NCBI GenBank assembly: GCA_051294905.1
Contig: CM119372.1
Coordinates: 12,898,001-12,962,000 of the forward strand
Direction: 5' to 3'
Length of the DNA stretch: 64,000 nucleotides
DNA from: Botryllus schlosseri
Lineage: Eukaryota
Both the position numbers and the translations under genes were made by a program. Under the pieces are notes generated by a model. That model did not search any database, had not been told where the DNA came from, and was given only the letters and a program-made list of their open reading frames with translations. This document shows, piece by piece, positions 57,601 through 64,000 of the stretch (positions are counted from its first letter, which is position 1; the number at the start of each line of letters is the position of its first letter).

Positions 57601-60600
57601 GAATGCTGACCTTGCCAGAAGTACGAATCCCTTTGCATATGCACAGGTAGGAAGCCAACCAACACAGTAGGAAACATCCAACCATTTTCCAGTTGTGGAA
57701 ACCACCGAAATCTTCTATACCGGAGGAGCGTTGTAATACGTAGTTGCTGTACATAGAAATTTATCATTTAAAATAAACTCCAATAAAATATCAGTTCCCA
57801 TAATAATAATCTATTCATGTGGTCAAGGGCCTGTATTTAGAATGTATTATGGGATTTGACAAGCTCGCTGATTCGGTGGACGAAGACTACAACGCATAGC
57901 TCATCAGGGATGAAATTATGCTGCCGATTCTGCACACACGATCCCGTTCATTTCGGTCAGCATAATTTATTGACAGTAGCCGATGGCTATCATTGAGGGT
58001 TCGTGCGGAAAATTAAGTCTGCAAATTTCCACGGGGTTACCACGTTCCATGATTAGCGGTGTAGTAAACTGATGGATTTCAACTAGTCGCACTATAGATA
58101 CCAGCTAGCAAGAATGTACGCCTTTTTCGTGACAGGGTTAGAATGATAGAATTAAAGACACAGGCTCATACCGAGAAGGCTACAGTGGAAATTACTTGAA
58201 AAATTCCGCCGGTGCAGCAATCCCTGCAGCCTGAGAACGATTACTCATGTTGTATTGCCCGTATGCTGCGGAGGAATGAATTCCAATGCTAGCATTTTGT
58301 TCGTGGCCTTGGTCGTCGCCAATCGGCACACAGTTTACCGTGTTCCACCAATTGTCTAGTCGAAACGGGCGTCATGAATAGTAGCTTCATCAAATTACCA
58401 CAGTCTTCAACTCACCGCAAGTAGCCCAAGATAGCTCTCCAATAGCGAATGAATTGAAGAAGTAGAAGACACACCAAGACATCACGACGACGAAGAAGAT
58501 TTCAAACAGAAATGATATGATGATCCCGGAAAACCCAATACCCTGGTAAATCAAACTGCATATGTTACTTTGTTACATGATCTTGCATGTGCTTGTGCAA
58601 TGTGCCCTGTGCATACCGGTAGGTGTAAATATCAGCTCAAAAGTCATTATTGGTAATTACCTCGATCACGACAAACAAAGAGTGACAGCATATAGTCACC
58701 GAATTGTAGTTAGAGAATAAGTAGTATAATGAGTACATACTCACTTTCATTATAGGTAATATGTCCCAGGCAGCAATGCATCCATGTCTTGTAAACTGCC
58801 CCATGGCCACTTCCATGAATAGCAGCGGTACGCCAACTATCACGGCCGATAGCAGGTAAGGTATGAGAAATGCACCTGCGTAAAAGTTGAAGGATATTAG
58901 CATGGCCGCCATCCTCAGTTCAACCCTCTTCGCTATACCTGCAACTGCATAGTTATAATGAGCAATTTATCACGATTGGAAGTGCAGAAAATTGACATCC
59001 ACTCGACGTGGGTGTATATAGTGGGCTATTTTAGCCTATACATGAAGAATCCCATCATGCTGAGAGGAGCCGGTTATTTGCGAAAAAGGGAAAGGCGCCT
59101 TTTCCCTTAAGTTTTCAACGTGAGAATTGATGTGTCATGTAATTTATATTCAGTTACAATGATATAATGATAAAGATTTCTTAGATGAGTTCACACACTG
59201 TAATCATCATTCTTTTCCTCTAGCTTTACCAGTGGTTCTTAATTTTTACTAGCCAGGAGAACCCTTACGATAATCTGCAACTGTGCATCAACAACAGCGT
59301 TAGAACAACAACACCATTAAAACAGGATTTACACACAAAACGAAATGATCATAATGAATATATATTACAGATTAGTGTGTCTTCTGCCGCTCCCTTTCAG
59401 AGACAAGTTCAAAAAAAGCGAGGTTTCACCTTGGAAAATGCCATCGTATTGAAAACCAAAGGCATAGACCAATTGCTTAATTTCAAATGAGCTAATACAC
59501 ATTGAAGATAGCGTCGAAGCTCATCCTCCCCACGCACGCCACTGCACACGACGTAGTACCGTCACAAATCTACTACTGATCGTGCTCTGCGGCCGTTGAT
59601 GGGGGTCAAGACGGACGCGCCATCACAAATCATATGAGTTTTGTGCAGTGCTTTTCAACCATTTTGAGATCAATTCGCACTTTTTTTTGTAAAATAAATT
59701 TCCCGACACCCCGACGCAGAAGGGGTTGGCCTTGAAATGAATGACTCTCATAGGGCTGGACTCGCTCGTTGCTCACCCCTACACTAGTTCATCCCAACGG
59801 TCTTCAACCATGTTTTCCAGAAAAACCAGTCGGACAAATCTTATCATGAACTCTCATGATAAAGCCATATTTTCTGTGTGTCTCGCTTATTGGCTACAGT
59901 ACCCAACACAGTGACCTTGGATATGTAAAAACTATTGCAATAAATTTTTTGCAATTAATTCAACAAATATATTACATAAATATTAACAGATAGCTCTGGC
60001 ACAGCGTCGACCCTTAGCGGTCCATACCTTAATAAACCTTGAAAGGGTAGAAATTTGTGTTACGGGTTACAGTAACTTACAAATGTGAGTCTGTAATGTT
60101 GTCATTCGCTACTATTCTCCTGCCTCGCGCTAATCGAACAGTTATTACGAAAATATGATGATTGTTTAGCGAATAAAAGCAAAAAGTCAATTCGACGTCA
60201 TCTTTCCAGCTTGTTACAGGCTCAGACGGGCTGTTAGTACACCAGCTTCCAAACCAGACTTTTCCTTACGTAATAATTATAGTGCGAAAATATTTATTCA
60301 CGACGGCTTGTGAGAGCTACGATTAGTGGTGCGACGTAAGTTAAACAAGTTTTTACAATTGCGTCTCAACTGCAATAGTTACCCTGTCCTTGAATTTCCT
60401 ATTAGGTTTATTTGAATTGTTCCACGTGAGAAAAATTAACAATTATTCACGATTTTCATTCGCACTCATTCGGATTTTTCATTCGCACCACCGTCGTCAT
60501 TCACACTGCAATTCTTTTATTCGGAAAAGTGCGAACCGTCATACAGGTTGAAAATCACTGGTTTTGGTGTGTGTCGTTACCCCCAGCGAACCCCTGAGCA

Positions 60601-62337
60601 ATGTTCCCTCTAATTTTTGACGAGTTTGCGCACACTCACCATCTTACTGTGCAGACCCTTGGACAGCAGTGCGTAACGACTAGAACAAAAGCTCATCACT
60701 TCGGATTTTTTTGTGCGTAAGTTGGATTTTCTGTGCGCAGAGACCGTGTTAGTACTGCGCACGTGCGCAGCTTAGAGGGAACATTGCCCCTGAGCTCAGT
60801 AAAACTAATAGGTTCGTTTGAACTCCGGTTAAGAACCACTGATCTAAACAATAGCTAGCATATGACATCCAGCGCCATTAGCGCTGAACTTGAAATGTTA
60901 TGTAGAGTATATGATACCCGTTACCTCCGCCATTCTTGAAGCAAAGGTATGAAAATCTCCATATGTTTCCTAATCCAACATTATAACCAATCACATTGAA
61001 GGCAAATTCGAACTTGTTGCGCCACGTAATCCTGCAAGGGAGTCACTCTGAAATTTCTATGTGATCAGCCTAAATTCGCACAGTCGCGACTGATGGTCAC
61101 AAGTACCGAAACAGCGCATATCGGATGCGTCTCAATTGGTATTGACGGAAATGCCGGAATCTTAAACGGTTGATATCCCTGGTTGATATACAGAGGGAAT
61201 GAAACATGATTAAATAATTCATCGGTAGCGAATATAGGGTTCTGGTTTAAATCAGGCTGATTTAAATCAGTGTAATTTAAATCAGTTTTTTTTCGTTGAT
61301 TTTTGATTTTAATTTTACCATTTTGATTTTATTGATTATTTTGATTTTTTCAAATGTTCGGACGAGATGCGTGACTGTGGTTTATTATCGGACAATCATG
61401 TGCATTTTATATAAACAGGAGATAGCATCTCGTCACCAGCACCGGTGTAGCTCAGCTATTTGACATACAGACGGGAAAAGAGCAAAGAGCGATAGTCAAC
61501 CAATATGTTAACGTTTTGCTGTGGATACTAGTCAGTTGTCTGTGACATGTTGCTGCTATTTCCGAGGCACTGATGGGATACCACAAACACAGCGCAATCC
61601 GGAGTCTCTATCGAATTCGAAATATTCCCTCATCTCTGATCAAGTTTGCTGGCAGAAACCACTCATTCGGTCAAGATGAAGATGCAACTATTATGGATGG
61701 TCCCGATTTGACTCAACATTTTTCCTCGCTACTAGGGCAGATCAGTAATGATTCGGGCGACCCATCATTAGCGCATAGCTTGAACGTTTTCAGCTATCTG
61801 GATGATGATTCACAGCCCCACATAATTGAAGTTTAAGCGTAATCCTTCATCACCTTGATTGACATGGTAGTCATTCATCCCATTTTCTTTTGTGCGTGTT
61901 GTTGTTATTATGCGTAAAAAAAACAAAAAAATCATGATTTGAATTATTAAATTGATTAAAATCGATTTTAATCAAGAGTAAAACCATTTAAACCAGAACC
62001 CAAGCGAATAGTTAGTGATTTTAGTCACGCACCGTAACCCCGTCTGTGAAACTATCCTAGAACCACCGATATGGTAGAAATACAAGATGAAATGGATCTA
62101 GATCTCCGCTAAATTAACTGTGGAGACTTCATATAGGCTACCATTATGTATGCGCTGTGGATGCTATGTGGATATTGCAGTTTATCCAACATATACAATA
62201 TGAATTTACAGAGTAGCATATGATGATTTATTTTCGTAGTGTCATTAAACAAGTAGGCTATTTTGTGAAACATAAACACAATAAAAGCGTAATAACATTT
62301 TATCCAACCTGGGATCTTTATCCTCTTCGATAGTCAT
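48646..62337 (-). CDS. SLC6 (sodium:neurotransmitter symporter family) transporter, divergent, complete multi-exon gene
   Basis: Exons 62309-62337 ([10 protein letters not shown]), 60925-61031 (ITWRNKFEF...[18 protein letters not shown]), 58745-58875 (GAFLIPY...[12 protein letters not shown]), 58416-58542, 58196-58355, 57611-57746 (KGIRTSGK), 54093-54227 ([11 protein letters not shown]), 53921-54024 ([13 protein letters not shown]...GSYN), 53740-53864, 51070-51182 ([10 protein letters not shown]), 50856-50990, 50582-50785, 50353-50523 (YTYPWW), 48646-48738 (stop TAG). Splice phases are consistent. An optional in-frame exon may lie near 61107-61178. Confidence 0.93.
49055..50047. mobile_element. 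hAT-type MITE of about 1 kb, copy 1 (last SLC6 intron)
   Basis: TIR tagggatggtgtgaac / gttcacaccatcccta; perfect TSD gcagtttg. Confidence 0.95.
51277..52274. mobile_element. hAT-type MITE of about 1 kb, copy 2
   Basis: Same TIRs and nearly the same interior as 49055-50047; TSD gtagtcaa / ctagtcaa. Confidence 0.95.
52351..52469. mobile_element. Short hAT-type MITE
   Basis: TIR cagacttggacaactaga / tctagttgaccaagtctg; TSD gcacttac / gcacttat. Confidence 0.8.
54416..55845 (+). mobile_element. Chapaev3-like (CMC) DNA transposon relic
   Basis: TIR cactggtcaaca / tgttgaccagtg; flanks tta / ttt. Decayed transposase motifs [19 protein letters not shown] and [19 protein letters not shown]...[14 protein letters not shown]. 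Confidence 0.78.
55950..56520 (-). mobile_element. Possible highly decayed Penelope-like retroelement fragment
   Basis: [16 protein letters not shown] resembles the RT lead-in (K.G.P.RPI); [12 protein letters not shown]...TGE loosely resembles a GIY-YIG start. Weak. Confidence 0.35.
59230..60841. mobile_element. Nested MITE stack: outer element with inserts at 59646-60560 and 60599-60786
   Basis: Outer TIR cagtggttcttaa / ttaagaaccactg, interior similar to about 44651-45810. Inner TIR cagtgcttttcaacc / ggttgaaaatcactg. Second insert TIR caatgttccctctaa / ttagagggaacattg with perfect TSD cccctgag. Confidence 0.8.
61235..62002. mobile_element. hAT-type non-autonomous element with gatttaaatc repeats
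   Basis: TIR gggttctggtttaaat / atttaaaccagaaccc; TSD agcgaata on both sides. Confidence 0.85.
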
Positions 62338-62623
62338 GTTGCCGGCAATCTTGTCAAAGGCGCATCAGACGAAATACTGACAGGCAACTAATTTTGGTTA
62401 GATTCGAAGGAACATATAGCATTTTACCTTTTTCTCAAACTACCTTCGAGAGAACGCGGCAACCCCTATGGTTTGCTAGCTCGAGTCCGACACAGTCGAC
62501 TATAGAGTTACGGATTAGGTGTTGGAGATAGCCTATATCTAGGCTCCTTTCCGCCATCCGATCCGCGTCAGTGGCGTCTTACAAAAGAAAAGAACGAAAG
62601 TTGCACCGTGTTGGTGTAAAATA

Positions 62624-63343
62624 CGGGATTGCAATCAGGTCACGCGGTTCCGAGTCACGAGTCATTCTATGATTTTACTTTTGAATCGAGTCAACTCGAG
62701 TCGTTACCATTTTATTATCGAGTCAAGTAAAAGTCAAAATACGTCACAATTAGGTCCCCGTCAAGAGCGGTTCATTATTTTTTGTGTGTGATCTCATTGT
62801 GGCGATATTCAAAGTATCACGTGCAGAATGAAATCTATTTCTGCTTGTAAGACTTAAAAGTAGATCCGATTTTCAACGACTTGTATTCCCCATAATTTTT
62901 GACTTGGTTTTCGTTATTTACGGTTTCTCAAGTAGAAGTATATGATATTCATTCTGTGTCTACGTTATATTTTATCTTGCTAGAGGGGGAGTAATGTCTA
63001 TCGCCCTTGACCGGTATTCCTCAGATAAATTATGACGAAATTAGGACTCACTCCTTAGAAACGACCGAAACATTCAGTTCGTCTCCATTCAGGTGTCTAT
63101 ATTTTGCACAAGGGGCACAATGAACGTAAGGATCATAACGAAACCTAAGGCTGATATTGAAAAATTATGACCACGAGAAAACTAATGAACGAACATTGTG
63201 ATGCAGCTAGCAGCATGATCAAAATGAAAGGTGTAGGATGCAGTGTACAATGTGCCCAGTGGCTCGAGTACAAGTAGAGTCTATCCAAAAATCGACTGAA
63301 GTCGAGTCACGAAAAAGTTGAGTCTCGAGTCCTTACAACCCTG
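62624..63343. mobile_element. hAT-type MITE (gactcgagtc family) upstream of the SLC6 start
   Basis: Ends cgggattgcaa / ttacaaccctg; perfect TSD gtaaaata. Confidence 0.82.
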
Positions 63344-64000
63344 GTAAAATAACCAATGTATAGCATAGCCGAAACACCATGAATACTAAAAAATAGCCAG
63401 CATCATGTTTATATGAGAGACAAATCTATTCAATCTAAATCCTAGTCAGAATTCGCAAATATCTTAAGCAAGTTCTTCAATCCATCTTTCAAGTTCAAGC
63501 CCATGCTCATCTCTGCTAGACACAACCTTCGACTGCATTTTGGCGTCACAAATAAATACGTATAACTACACAGGCAATTGAAACTGGAAACTATCAAGGA
63601 AGTAGTGTGGGTTGAATCGTTTGTTGCGGACCCTCGGGCTATTTAGAATGTAAACTCTCTCATAATATAATTTACGTCGGACTATGCCCGGTTTATGACG
63701 TCATCACAGAGGAATTAGGCGTCTGCAGTAGGTTATAGGTTCGATTCCCACTTATTCTATTATGTGTATTTTCCTGGATATTCTATTATGTGTATTTGGA
63801 TTAGTAAATAACTACTTCTAGCTTAATTTAATGGATTTATCTTAGATCATGGCTTTACTTAAATGTTTTTTATGCTTATAACGAAAAGCTACTTTAGTAT
63901 TCTAATGGAGTGCAAATACTTGTTTACTTATCAATTTTGAAGGCTTGCGTCGTTTGTGCTATGATACGCAAAATTAATGTGTTCAAATCAGACCTGTCAT

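Overview
This is intron-rich animal genomic DNA, not prokaryotic, so most short ORFs in the track are exon fragments or noise. The gene and transposon style suggests an invertebrate such as a tunicate, but that is a weak inference. Three gene models can be read. (1) A minus-strand BLTP2/KIAA0100/hobbit bridge-like lipid transfer gene starts at ATG 32443 and runs off the left edge. It has a tandem-duplicated, apparently mutually exclusive exon pair (16428-16752 and 14924-15053) and a GC-AG intron. (2) A plus-strand gene the ORF track misses joins a G/N/S-rich exon with RHIM/amyloid-like motifs (43149-43316) to a terminal exon encoding a divergent ubiquitin-like domain (43723-44099). (3) A complete minus-strand SLC6 transporter gene (62337 to 48646) has substitutions at several normally conserved substrate and ion-binding positions. 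Introns and intergenic DNA hold many non-autonomous hAT-type MITEs with 8-bp TSDs, some nested or fully palindromic. They also hold a piggyBac-type element, THAP/P and Chapaev3-like transposase relics, Penelope-like fragments and tRNA-derived SINE candidates. Homology calls come from recalled protein sequences and manual splicing; no search was run.
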